From positions 144,460,001-144,524,000 of the forward strand of contig OX597818.1 of the NCBI GenBank assembly GCA_951406725.2: a stretch of DNA of 64,000 nt, given 5' to 3'. The translations under genes and the position numbers were made by a program. The DNA is from Octopus vulgaris. Lineage: Eukaryota. Under the pieces are notes generated by a model. The model saw only the letters and a program-made list of their open reading frames with translations, was not told where the DNA came from and made no database searches. Of this stretch, positions 13,342 through 27,198 are shown piece by piece; positions within the stretch are counted from its first letter, which is position 1, and each line of letters opens with the position of its first letter.

Positions 13342-13905
13342 CAGGCAAATAGATAAAGTCTCCTTCCCATGAGTAGGTTTAAGTTTTATTACTTGTTAAT
13401 GAAATACAGAGGTACAAAGAAAAAGAAGAGAAATTATGACTAGGAAGGAAATGAAAATTATTTCTTAAATACCAGGACAAAAACTTGCTCGATTTTTCAT
13501 GTTCATATAATACTAGCAAATACAAAACAAGTGAAGTGAATCAAGTGTTGTTGTTCTTTGTTGTTTAATAAAATCTATGTCTGAAAAAGAATCATAAAGA
13601 AAATTATGAACACGTGTACGTGCGTGTATTCATGTGTGCGCGTGTGTGTGAATATGTATATGTTTACAAATAACTAGACTACACTTTGTGTATGTCAATT
13701 TGTATCTGTTAGGAAACCTTAACAGACCTGAATCTGTGTAAGGAAAACATATGATATTCAGTTTCAGAATTGTGAATGAACTGTGTCAGTATTTAGATTT
13801 AGCTCACTCAATAGGATGACTGGCCAGCTTTTGTGTCTCTACAGCATTATTTGGTTTGTCGCTCAAAGTGTATGAATTTGTTATTAGAGTATGTTTATAT
13901 ATATA

Positions 13906-13954
<49 letters not shown>

Positions 13955-14509
13955 GTGTTTGAATGGTTAGGGACTTATACATGTGTCATGTTTATTCAAG
14001 TGTAGTTATGTTGGTGTATTTTCTTAGCTTCAAGGATTGGTCTTTTGTTTGTTGATCAAATTGGGTCTTGGTTGCTTAGGTGCCTGGTATTGTAAATATA
14101 TTTATGAGGAAAAATTATGAAGCACAACAATGATCACAGGAATTACATGAGAATATTTAAAGTTTTATTCAGAAAAAAAAAAAAATTGTGGTTATTTATT
14201 CCACCCTTCAGAATAAGATATAAATACAGATATAAATAAAATGAAAAAAAAAGCAAAAAGCAAAAACAACAAAAATCCCAACATTAGTCTAAAAACTATG
14301 TGAGATTCTGATTTCTGTATAGTAGGACTTGTACAAATTTAGTCTGATATTCAGAAATCCACTTTTTCTCCCTGGGAGTCTGTTGTCTATCAGTCAATAT
14401 CTAGAATTGATTATCTTTTGGTTTAAATCAAACCACCAGATAAATCAATAAACACAAACACATACATATGTATGTGTGTGTGTGTGTGTGTGTGGGGGGT
14501 GTATTTGTA

Positions 14510-14680
14510 TGTATCATCATCATCATCATTTAACGTCTGTTTTCCATGCTAGCATAGGTTAGATGGTTTGACTGGGACAGGTAAGGTGGAGAGCTCCATC
14601 AGGCTCCAGTCTGTTTTGGTTTGGTCCTATGGCCGGATGCCCTTCCCAATGCCAACCATTCCATAAAGTGTGCAGGCTGT

Positions 14681-14731
<51 letters not shown>

Positions 14732-15125
14732 TGGCTGTGTGGTAAGAAGCCTGCTTCCCAAGCACATGGTTCTGGGTTTGGTTCCACTGTGTGGCACCTT
14801 GGGGAAGTGTCTTCTACCATAGCCTCAGGCTAACCAAAGTCTTGTGAGTGGATTTGCTAGGCAGAAATTGAAAGAAACCCATCATATATATATATATATG
14901 TATGTATGTACGTTGCCAGTACCGCCTGACTGGTCCTCGTGCCGGTGGCACATAAAAGCACCCACTACACTCTCGCAGTGGTTGGAGTTAGGAAGGGCAT
15001 CCAGCTGTAGAAACACTGCCAGATCAAGATTGGAGCCTGGTGCAGCCATCTGGTTCACCAGTCCTCAGTCAAATCGTCCAACCCATGCTAGCATGGAAAG
15101 CGGACGTTAAACAATGATGATGATG
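14510..15125. mobile_element. Cluster: RTE-tail repeat (-), SINE head (+), RTE-tail repeat (+)
   Basis: Same motifs as 7208-7700, in opposite orientations, flanking a SINE head at ~14725-14885. Confidence 0.75.
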
Positions 15126-16922
15126 ATGGGTTTTGAATCTGTCCCTTTGTGCATGACAGCATGTGTTGTCAACTGTAAACAAATAAAATATTGGTGGAAT
15201 TCTGCTTTATGCATGCCATATAATGCCTTGTAACTTTCTTATTTTTTGAATTTTCAGAAAAGTTTTGTAAATTTGTATTCTATACATGGGATTTTATACG
15301 ATTATGCAAAAACCAAAGAAAAAAAGACTAATGTATGATTTAAGACCTATGTAGCTGCTATTTTTAGCTCATCTCATGATCACCCTCATACTGCATGTGT
15401 TTTAAGCATGTGGTAAGCAGCTTGGTAACAGCTTGGCTTGTTACTATGGAAACAGGCACCTATATGTCCATGACTTTCAAATGGCTAAAATCACCCCCAA
15501 ATTTGCAAACTTTAAAAGCCGTTAACTCTTTATTTATTGATTTATGGTGAAAATGAATTTCATGTCAATGATTAGCATACAAATCTAAATCATTACACCA
15601 AATATGAAATCAATTGGAATAAAAATAGAAGAAATTAAAAAGTGGTAGCTAAACAATAAAAGATCCCCAGTTTGTGCCCACATCACTGCTTGACAATTGT
15701 TGGTGTATTTACATCCCTATAACTTTGCAGTTTGGCAAAAGACACTGACATAATAAGTGCTAAGCTTAAAAAATAAGTCCTGGGGTCAATTTGTTTGACT
15801 AAAACCCTTCAAAATGGTGCTCCAGCATAGCTGCAGTCAAATGACTGAAACAAGTAAAAGTATAGAAGAATAAAGAATATCAGCCAGTATTGGCAAAGGC
15901 CATGTCTGCACACACACATATATTTATGAATATATGCATACATACAGTGTGTGTGTGTGTGTATACATATGTATGTAGCACACACACGCACACCCCATAC
16001 TATAGATATAGATATATATATATTTAAAAACAGGTATGGTTGTGTGGTAAGAAGTCTGCATCCAAACCATGTTGTTCTGTGTTCATTCCCATTGTGAATC
16101 ATCTTAGGCAAGTGTCTACTTTCTTTGGATTTCTACTATACCTTGGATCTAGGTTAGAATCTGGCTCTTTCTCTGTTGGCAAGAAACCTTGAAATAAAAC
16201 TGAATAATGACATACATGCGGTAATTAGCTTGCTTACCAAAAGAGACTGATAGAATAAGTACTAGGCTTACAAAGAATAAGTCCTGGGGTCAATTTGCTC
16301 AACTAAAGGCAGTGCTCCAGCATGGCTGAAACGAGTAAAAGAGTAAAAGAGTAAAAGAGAAAAGAAATATTTGCACCGTGTGTGTGAGAGAGAGAGAGAT
16401 GTATATCAGCAGAGATAGTGGATTGTTTAAATCTGTAACCAGACCTCAGTGGCTGTTGCAAGTTGACTTTAGCTGGTCATTTACCAGGCAAACAGTTTAT
16501 ATATGCCTAATGGCTTATCAAAGAAAGGGCACCACAAACAAAATCATTATGATATTCCAATATGTTTACAACAACTGGAATTCTGGTAAGTTAATCATCT
16601 GCTGAGTCTATTGGGTTTTCAATGGTCAGCCCAGCTACTGATGAAAACAAAGTTCTTAATGTCTTTAGCATGGCATTAAAGTCTAGCTACTTGCTGATAT
16701 CAATCCCTGAAATCCTATTTTGATGTTTACATTTATTTTTATGTTTGAACACAGAGATCTGGGCTCAATTCCTAGGTAATGAGTTGGTGTTTGGGAGCCT
16801 GTCAATATTCCAGCTACATTCATATGTACACACACACACACACACACACTGACACACACGCATGCACGCACATACACATGCACGCACATACACACACACA
16901 CACACTGTATGTATGGAGATAT

Positions 16923-18315
16923 TCATAAATATATGTGTGCATGCAGATATTTTAAGAGTCTCTGCAATGATTCCTGATGGGGCGGGGGGACTTTCCCTGT
17001 CTTCATACCCTTAATTGCTTTATCTACCAAAGTACTCTCAATTTGGATAGCTGGTCCCTCTGTTGGATCAACATTAGGCAAACTCTCTTTCTTCCATTCA
17101 TTCTCTTCATTCTTCAACCTTTCCTAGTGGCAGCTCCATGTCTCTCTCCTTGCAGCCTCATTAAATGCAAGTGAGCCATCATCTATATGGACACATTTCT
17201 ATCCTATAACATCATGATTCTCTCTCACAAGCTGTCTTGCAACACAAAACACTTTAAGTTTTTGGTCCTCACAATGCAGGACATTGGCAAATGTTTTCTT
17301 ATCTACTTCCGCTCTGGCTAAGTAAACCTGTCTTCTAGCTTCCCTTCTGGCAATCTGATAGAATTCCCTGCAACCACCATTCTTCCAGTCCTTACATGCC
17401 TGTTTCTTTTTCCTAATGACCCTGTCAACTACATTGTTCCATTACCACGCTATCTTGGGTTGAAAGGGAATTTGTACAATCCCCTGATCTGGTCAGTAGC
17501 CCTCCACAGGTTGACCTGTAGAAACCTCCAGTTGTCTTCCACATCATGTGATGCTACATCCCCCTCTATTTTGTCAAAAGCTTTGAGTAATACATCTCTA
17601 AATCTCTGTCCATTCACAGGATCCTTAAGCTTCCAGACCTTTCTTCTCCATGCTGGCTGTCTTCTGGGCATTCATTTAGCCCTGATCCTGAAGTCACTAA
17701 CTACTAATCTATGCTGTGGGGGGCATTCTTCACCTGAGAAGGTTTTGGCATTTATAAGTAGCCATCTTTCCCGTTTCCTGGTGAGGATGTAATCAGTTTG
17801 ACTAGTGTGTCCACCAGATTGGTAGGTGAATAGGTGGCTAGCAGCTTTCCTGAAGTTAGTATTACAAACCTTAAGATCATTTGTATCACAGAACTCCAGC
17901 AGTCTGGTTCACTCTGCATTGTGGGAACCAAAACCATAGCCTCCATGTATGCCATGGAAGCTCCCTGCATGTTGTCCAACATGCCCATTGAAGTCACCAA
18001 CTACAAAGTGAAGGTTCATGTCATTCATCATCAAGGTAGTCTACAAGAGGGTGTCATAAAATCGATCTTTCTGTTCATCAGGTAGCCCCAGCTGAGGGGC
18101 ATAGGCCGAGATGATGGTTGCTAAACCATGTTGCAGCACTAATCTAATCTTAAGTATTCTATCGCAGATTTTGACTATCTTGATTACTTTATCAACCCAT
18201 TTCTCCACAAGAAGTTTACCCATGCCCCTGAACCCATCAGTGTTCCCTGCCCAGAAAATCTTATACCTATGTTCTTTGCCTGTGAGGAACCTAGCAGAAC
18301 TTCCTCTCCACCTTA
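16923..18315 (-). mobile_element. RTE LINE fragment: AP endonuclease and linker, decayed
   Basis: RWRGSSARFLTG, IISAYAPQLGL...KDRFYD, RKVWKLKDP and AIKGMKTGK motifs in the ORF track. Confidence 0.9.
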
Positions 18316-18606
18316 TATAAATATATGTATGTATGTATATATACATACATGCAATCATCATCCTCTTAACATTTCCTTTTTCATGCTTGCATGGGTCAGA
18401 CAAAATTGAGGCAGATTTCCTACAGCCAGATGCACTTTCTGTCATCAACCCTCACCTGTTTTCAAGCAAAATGATATTTCCTCATGACTGGACATGTTTT
18501 CATGGAAGACTGGTAATGAATGACACCACTTGTGTGAAAGTGGCACTTGTTTACAACTGTCTTGAAAACAAAGAAGCATAAACACACAAGCATACGCACT
18601 CACATG

Positions 18607-18637
<31 letters not shown>

Positions 18638-19104
18638 ACATACATGATGGACATCTTTTACTTTCCATCTACCAAATTTAGTTTCAAGGCACTTGTCTAA
18701 AGTTAGACAAAGTACAATACTAAGTGACAAATCATAAGTCTACACACACACAGAAATATAAATATTTTTGTGTTTCATTGTTATTGGAAAGGCCTTTCTC
18801 ATGAATAAACTTATTTTAGTGGTGGTTGTCATTGTTGTTCTATCATAAATAGAAATCATGGGAACAATGTTGTGTTCCAAATTCTTATCACTGGACTTGA
18901 AATTTTTGACTATTGATGTCAAGTTTCTGCAATATAAAAATAGTTTGGCTCTGGTGTCAAGTGTGGCTTTGTTGCTAGGATACATTGTGTGTGCAACTGA
19001 GTTTTGCAATATATTTTGCTATTAATACACACACGCACACAGACACACACACTGGCATGTGCACACACATACCCATACAGATATATGTATGAATATATAT
19101 AGAA

Positions 19105-19750
19105 CATGGTATCAAAAAGTTCCCAGACTAGTTATGTTTAATAAGAAATAACTCATTTACCCAAGTTTTAACATCATCTTCAAAATAGTCACCTTGTACA
19201 GTAATAGACCAGTTCCAGTGCTCCTACCACTTTTGGAATCCAGCCTAGAAATCGTTTTCCATAGGTGAGTCAAAGACCTTCTGCAATTCACTCTAGATCT
19301 CGACAATGGTATCAAAATAGCAACCTTTGAGCTGCATTTTCGTCTTGAGGAAGAGGTGGGATTCTGCAGGTGCTAAATCTGGTGAATAGGGCAGATGCAG
19401 AAACAATACCATGTTGCTTTTGGTGAGAAATTCACAAGTGAGGAGAGCTTGGTGATAGGGTGCATTGTTGTTGTGAAGAATGCAATTCTCTGTTCTCCAT
19501 AGATCTGGTCACATTTGCCAAATCTCCTTGCTCAAAAACTCCAAAACGCTGCAATAGAACTCTCAATTGACAGTCTGGCCCGGGGGGGGTGGGGGTTGAA
19601 TTTTTGATGCACAATACCACATTTCTGGAAGTGGCATTCATGGCAGGTCTTCCAGATCACTCATCTTCCAAGTACATTCTTTTATTTTTGATGCACCCAT
19701 GCCACTTGAAACATTGTGTTCAATCCATTGTTTCATTCATAGCTGAATCC
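19105..19750 (-). mobile_element. Decayed mariner transposase remnant
   Basis: Minus strand ends ...WNWSITVQGDYFEDD. TIR-like GGTATCAAAAAGTTCC at the left edge. Confidence 0.6.
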
Positions 19751-20082
19751 AAATTCTGGCTTTTACATTGTCTCTCTATTTCCCATTTTCCATTCTGTTT
19801 CCTGACAAAGGACCACAGACTAAAACAGTGAACTCTCTTCTGCTTCTTCCTGTTTACAGCATGAAATTAATTACCTTCTACTTCTGTTTGCTTCTGCTGT
19901 TTGTTTTGCTCTTGTAATCTTTTGGAATATTGTTCCCCTGTTTTGCTGTTGTGTTTTCCTTTTGTCAAACAGAGAGATTTATACTTTCAGTAAGATGGAG
20001 TAACAATAAGTTATCTGATCAAAAGCACATTTGCAGTAGTTTATATAGCCAACTTAGAGAAAGAAATCAAGCAAAAATATAT

Positions 20083-20251
20083 AGGTGAAGGAGTGGCTGT
20101 GTGGTAAGTAGCTTGCTTACCAACCACATGGTCCAGGTTCAGTCCCAGTGCATGGCACCTTGGGCAAGTATCTTCTACTATAGCCTCAGGCCGACCAAAG
20201 CCTTGTGTGTGGATTTGGTAGACGGAAACTGAAAGAAGGCCGTCGTATATA

Positions 20252-20292
<41 letters not shown>

Positions 20293-20535
20293 GTGTGTGT
20301 GTGTATGTGTGTGTACGTGTGTGTATATGTTTGTATGTCTGTGTTTGTTTCCCCAACATCGTTTGACAACTGATGCTGGTGTGTTTACATCCCCATAGCT
20401 TAGCGGTTCAGCAAAAAAAAACTGATAGAATAAGTACCAGGCTTACAAAGAATAAGTCCCAGAGTCGATTTGCTCGATTAAAAGCGGTGCTCCAGCATGG
20501 CCACAGTCAAATGACTGAAACAAGTAAAAGAGTAT
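20083..20535 (+). mobile_element. Full-length tRNA/CORE-type SINE with internal microsatellite and LINE-like tail
   Basis: GGAGTGGCTGTGTGGTAAG A-box region, GGTTCAGTCCC B box, tail GCGGTGCTCCAGCATGGCCACAGTCAAATGACTGAAACAAGTAAAAGAG. Many dispersed relatives (15.7, 16.0-16.35, 21.3, 42.7, 44.2, 56.1 and 62.6 kb). Confidence 0.9.
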
Positions 20536-21241
20536 ATACTGTTAATTTTCACTTGATATGTCTACAATATATTCATTGTAACAGATACATGAGAAAGCAG
20601 CAACAAACTAAAAAAGAAAAAAAAAAGGCTAGGAAAGTAAAAGTACTTTAATATCCAACATAGTTTAAGTAATCATTTCAGACAGCTCTGTAATCTCAAT
20701 TTTTAGATGTAAATGCAAGATAAAAAACATTGTATATCCTACATCAATATGCATGAGAAACTTCATTAAATGACTTAGCATGCATGTTGATTAAAAAATA
20801 TCTGTATAGATTTAAAATATCAGTTACAATGTTCCCATTCAGAAGATCTACTTTATTCTTCCCCACAATTGAAAATCTGCAAAACAAAAAAAAAGGTAAT
20901 AGTTAATAATGAATGAACAAAAAATTTAGTAGAGTAATTTATACAACAATAGAACCTACGAAGAAGCCTCTATGTAATCACTTGACCTGCTCGAAACAGC
21001 CCCCAAATTGCATTCAAATTATTCAATTCTGCCCTAAAAACAGGACACAAAGGATGATATGAACCCAGAGAAATTGTATTTAATAAATAACACAAAAGGA
21101 ACAAAAAAAAAGCAGCAAAAGACAATACAATCATAACTGGTATACCCTTTGATCATAGGTTTGGTAGATCAGAGATAGTATGGGATTACACAACCAAAAC
21201 TATCCAATAAATTTAATAGATAATATTCAGTAAAAAAGAAA

Positions 21242-21275
<34 letters not shown>

Positions 21276-21599
21276 GATACATATGTGTAAACAAAATGCA
21301 TATCTTTTATCTTTTACTTGTTTCAGTTGGATGGTAGCCATTTTGGGGCTCTGCTTTGAAGAGTCAAACAACCCAACTGCAGTACTTATCTTAAGGCTGA
21401 TACCTATTCTATTGGCCCTTTTTGGGTGAACTACTAAGTTGTGGAGATGTAAACAAACCCACACTGGTTGTCAAATAGTGGTTGAGGGCAAAGGAACACA
21501 GAAACACACACGCATACATATATAATACATACACACTTCTACCAACTAATAATAATGATATTTATCTTCCACTTAAAGTGGAGATACTGAACCTGAATT

Positions 21600-23585
21600 A
21601 GTGGTTAGCAACTTCAGACTTTGAGTTTGATGGACACAGAGATGCAAACTGGTTTGGAAAAGAAAGTGATTGAAGCTCAGAGATTCATCAAACAGTCAGA
21701 GGTTTAGAGACATTCTGAGTAAAGCATTTGATGAGAAGAGGAGGAAGCTGTGTTGTATAACATAGAGGACAAATGGAAGTTCTTACAAGACAGACCAAAT
21801 CTGTGGCTGGTGCACAGTCTTTGCCAGACAGAGAGTGATTTGAAGGTGGAATAGTGAGGTAGACTGGGCCAAAGAGACAGGCTTGGAAAAATTGGGAAGA
21901 TGGAGGCAGCAAAGAGCTGTATCAGGTAGTCAAAAGGGAAGCTAGTAGGTAGGTTTATGTAGCAAGAGCAGAAGCAGAAAGAAAAAAGGTTTGCTAATGT
22001 CTTAAAGAGTGAAGATCAGTGACTTGAGGTGTTCAGGATTGCTAGACAATGTGTCAAAGAGAATTGAGACGCTGTGGGAGAGAAGTGTGTATGGGTGGAT
22101 AATGGTATGCTTGCACTTAGTGACTCTGGGAAGAAAGAGGTATGGAAGTATTACAATGAAAGGCTTTTGTGGAGAATGAACGAGAGAAAGAGAATCTCTC
22201 ATATGTGAACCAACAGAAGCACTGGCTATTTTTGTTGAGAGCAGTGCGATAGATAAGGCAATTAAGGATATGAAGACATGGAAAGCTCCTGATCCATCAG
22301 GAGTCACTGCTGAGATGCTTAAAATATCTGGCAGAGTAGGATACAGTCAAGTTACCCAAAAAGTTAATCAGGTTATTTAGGAAGATATCATCCCTAATAA
22401 CTGGTGTAGGAGTATTATAGACAGCTGCTACAAGGGTAAGGGGGATGCCTTAGATAGAAGTAATTAGAGAGGCATCAAATTACTTTATATAAGAGTTATA
22501 GCCCAATTAATTAGGAACGGAATTAGATTAGATAACATCCATCTTGGCTTTGTGCTGGGATGATGCATTACTCATACTTTCTTTATAGTCAGACAACTCC
22601 AGGAGAAGTATTCGGCTTAGAATAAACCATCCATTGTAGCTGGTGTTTGTTGACTTGAAGAAAGCTTTTGACAAAGTACCCTGCTGTGTGATATGGTGGG
22701 CTCTGCAGAAGCTAGGGATAGATAAGTGGCTTGTGAAAGATGTTGAAACTATGTACAGAGGTTCTGTAGGTAAGGTGAGAGTTAACCATAGTATAGTGAT
22801 GAATTTAGTGTGCAGGTAGGTGTCCACCAGGGTTCAGTTCTTAGTCCCCTCCTAATCATCATTGTCCTCCTGAGAATTCAAAACTGGCTGCCACTGAAAA
22901 CTGCTAGATGCTGATGATCTGGCTCTCATAGCAGATCCTGCAATATGAAGTGGAAGAAAACCTGGAATCAAAAGGATTAAGGTTAACTTAGTAAAGACTA
23001 AGGTTCTAGTAAGCAAGAAAATGGCTAGGACCCTTCCACCATCAGATAGCTGGCCCTGTTCAATATGAAAGAAAGGTGTAGATAGGAATTCCATATGATG
23101 TACCCAGTGCAAGCTATGGTCACATAAGAGGTGCAATATGAAATAATAGGAAGGTTATCAGAGAAAGTAGTGTTTGTATGTGGAAGATGTACAGGAGCCA
23201 TAAAAACTATAGATACTTGGAAAATCCTTTTTCTCAAATATCTCAGAGGCTCTTTAGAAGTAGTGAATAATTTCTGCTTCCTGGGGACCTAATTGGCAGT
23301 GAGGAGAATGTATAATCAGAATAAGAATAGGTTAGCGAAATTCAGAGAGCTTTTACCTCTGTTGGCAACTAAAGGTCACTCATTGAGTAAAAGGAAGATT
23401 GTATGATGTATGTATATGAATAGCAATGCTACATGGTAGTGAGACATGGGCCCTGAATACAGAGGACATGTGATGACTAGAGAGGAATGCAACTAGTATG
23501 TTCTGCTGGGTGTGCAATGTCAGTGTACATGTGTGACAGAGAGCAAATGTATTGAGAGAAAAGTTAGGCGTAAGGGAAATTCATG
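21600..23585 (+). mobile_element. RTE LINE ORF2 pseudogene (RT with embedded PHD finger)
   Basis: KAPDPSG, FVDLKKAFDKV, GVHQGSVLSP, DADDLAL, then a Cys/His cluster, then MLHGSETW. Many stops and frameshifts. Confidence 0.9.
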
Positions 23586-23835
23586 CAAGGCCCTAATTCA
23601 CTGCTTTGCTCATGAACCTACAATAGTGTAAAAAACACTGTAAGGACACCACCATATCCATAGTTAACCATAGATAGCATTTGAATGGCTTTTTAGCTGC
23701 TAAGAACAGTTGATTCCTAATGATGATATGTTTATGATGATGATGTTTATGATGGTGATAGTAATAGTGATAATCAATTCTGCTGTTCTTGTGATGATAA
23801 ATCAGAAATACATATGCATAGATAATATATAATTA

Positions 23836-23940
<105 letters not shown>

Positions 23941-24146
23941 AAGACTTGCAAACAAACCTAGAAATACTAGGATCTTCACCGAAAATATAAAAGAAACTGA
24001 GGAGCATTCTTCAAATCCAATCTGTTAGGAGCACAGTGAGAAATTTATAAGACATTCCAAAGATTCTTCATCTGAGGTTCTTTAAATAACTGTGTGCACA
24101 CCTATAGGTGTGTGTGTTTACAAAGACACATATGTAAAAAGCAATC

Positions 24147-24186
<40 letters not shown>

Positions 24187-24213
24187 ATTCACATACACAC
24201 ACACATGCACGCA

Positions 24214-24255
<42 letters not shown>

Positions 24256-25018
24256 AGTACTGAAGAGACATATTCACATAGAGCATAAGTCCAGGTGTGT
24301 ACACATTTAATCAATAAAATATTTACAAATCCTAGGAATTGTAATAACTTAAAAAGTTCTGTCACTTTGTTCACAATCAGTTTCAACTCAATAAGGAAGA
24401 ACTTAAATAAATCTTACCAAAAAAAAGTATGTTTCTATGTTTTTATGTATGCATGTATGTACTTAGATATGTATAGACACATGACCTATCTTGCAGAGTT
24501 CATATTTAATACAAAATCTAAGGTTCTAGTAAGAATTATAAATCCAACCAAACTATATTAAGGAAATAGACAGGAATATCATTTCAGAACATATAAAGCG
24601 CTTCATTTTGTAATGTTAGATGGAAATCATCATCATTATCATAACATCTGTTTTCCGTACTGGTATGGATTGGACAATTTCACAGGACCCAGTGATTCAC
24701 AGGGCTGTGCCAAGCTCCAGCATCAGCATGGTTTCTACAACTGGATTTTCTACCAAATGGCAACCACATTACAGTGTGTGTTGGGTGCCTCTTTCATGCT
24801 CCTAGCTCTAGGGAGGTTGCCAAGTAACTTGCAAGACAGAAAAAGAAATCTATTAAACAAAATTAATGATGATATATTTGAATACAAACAAATTTATTTG
24901 GACTTTCAATTAGTATGGAACATGAAGAAATTATAATCACGGCCATGATGATATAACATAGGGATAATATAGCATTACTATTGATAGTATATGAACATGT
25001 ATGTGTGTGTGTGTATGT

Positions 25019-25067
<49 letters not shown>

Positions 25068-25079
25068 ATGCACATAAAA

Positions 25080-25360
25080 AGTGACATTCGAACGTGATCA
25101 TTGCCAGTGTTGCCTGACTTGCTCCTGTGCTGGTGGCATATAAAAAGCACTATTTGAGTGAGGTTGATGCCAGTACCACTTGACTGGCCCTCATGCCGGT
25201 GGCATGTAAAAAGTACCCACTACACTCTCAGAGTCCTTGGCATTAGGAAGGGCATCCAGCTTTAGAAACTCTGGTGCAGCCTTCTGGCTCGCCACCCCTC
25301 AGTCAAACCATCTAACCCATGCCAGCATGGAAAGTGGACGTTAAACGACGACGATGATGA
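25080..25360 (+). mobile_element. RTE-tail repeat
   Basis: Ends CCCATGCCAGCATGGAAAGTGGACGTTAAACGACGACGATGATGA. Confidence 0.75.
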
Positions 25361-26046
25361 TATATATATAAATGCTAGCTGAGTAGCCCATCATTGTCAG
25401 ATAATTTTCACAATAGAATGCTTTTATTTCATTTTTGTTTTTAGAGAGACAAATAGAGAGAGGAGATATTTCTGTTGTTATCACAGATTTAAAAATTTTT
25501 AAATCAAGTCAAAATTTTAAAATTTAATACATTGACGTCATTTTTATGTTGAATCTGATTTTGTGATTCACATATTCTAGAAAATGCTACAAATGTTTAA
25601 AGTTTGATCATTTTTACCCCATCAGGATTTGGAAGCATTTTCTGTGTGATAGCTGTTTATCACAAAATAAAAGCAAATACATTACAACAATGAAGTTCTA
25701 AACAAAATGAAAGCAATTACATGTCATATCAAAAGAGAGAGGAAAAAGCAGCATACTTGGGAGAGATACATATACAAAGAAAAAGAGAGAGTGTAGTAAA
25801 TTTATATATGGGGAGCGGGAAAGCATAAAAGACAGAGAGAGAGAGGCAGGTAGACAGGTATAACAGATATAGAAGAGATTTAGTGATGTAAAAGTTAAGT
25901 TACTTCTCATATCAAATTATATTTTTTGACTATTTACCAAAAATCTTTGCTTTGGGATGCAGATTTCGAAATAAATCCATTTTTCTTGAGGATGTACCAT
26001 TTCAGAGCCTTTCAGGGTTATACACTCATACATGTACTATCATCAG

Positions 26047-26093
<47 letters not shown>

Positions 26094-26875
26094 ATGAGAA
26101 GAAATGATGCATAAAACATCAAAAACTATATATCCACTATAATAAACAGTGGAAGAAGCTTGCATACATAGTCATAATTGGCTAAAACTATGCATAACAA
26201 CAACAACACATATTTAAAATAAAATGCAGGGAAGCATAAATTTCATAGATATATCATAATTTGATTACTTTCAACAGCTGTTTCATCAGGAATAACTATA
26301 ATTAAATCTATGATTTTGGAATTAAGAAACATGATTGATGAAAAATTAATTTAAATTGAATTAGTTAAGTAATGCTTATTCCAAATCATCAGGAATACTA
26401 CTAGTTACACTAGCCATAAACCATTGTTGGTTTAAATACAAGCAAGACAGTGTATACAAGTGAGACTATATATAGGTATATTTGTGTGGCTGGCATGTTT
26501 GTTTATGTTGTCTACACATGCACATATATATATAAGGTAAGTTTACATTAAAGCTTGTAAGGGAAATATATATTAATGGATATGTAGTGTTTTTATTAAC
26601 TTTTGAATTATGAAATAATGTATTACACTCATAGTTATATTATTTATTAAATTAAATTCGATCGTGTTTTGTTTTAGAGAAAATTGAAATAAAGCTTCCA
26701 CTTTTTTTTTGTTATAGTAGTAACTATGGAAAACTGATGTATAGACTTTAAGATTGGTTGCTATTTAGTATATAATTTAGTTATTGTAAGTTTACTATTT
26801 TAATACTGATACAGATGTACATAGATTTATGTGTTTCTTTATTGTAACATCAAATATATTCAATATCACAATGGC

Positions 26876-26919
<44 letters not shown>

Positions 26920-27198
26920 ACAAACCAAAGAAAAGAAATCCTTCAAAGGGGTATATCAAACCTTCAATCATTCAATTCACTGTTACTTCCATTGAATACC
27001 ATATAAATGTTGGTATAATTCAATAATAAAGATAAATTATAAATAGAGATATTCTATTGACAATACAATAATTTATTTATATTACAATATTACATTAAAT
27101 ACTATGAATATAATATATAACATAATATTATATAAATAATTATAAAAACTGTCAAAGGCCAACAAATTGTTTTGACTTTAAATACTTTTTCTGATATA

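Noticed and set aside
16638-16720. CTGATGA...CCCTGAAAT hammerhead-like spacing
   Set aside because: No convincing stem I, II or III
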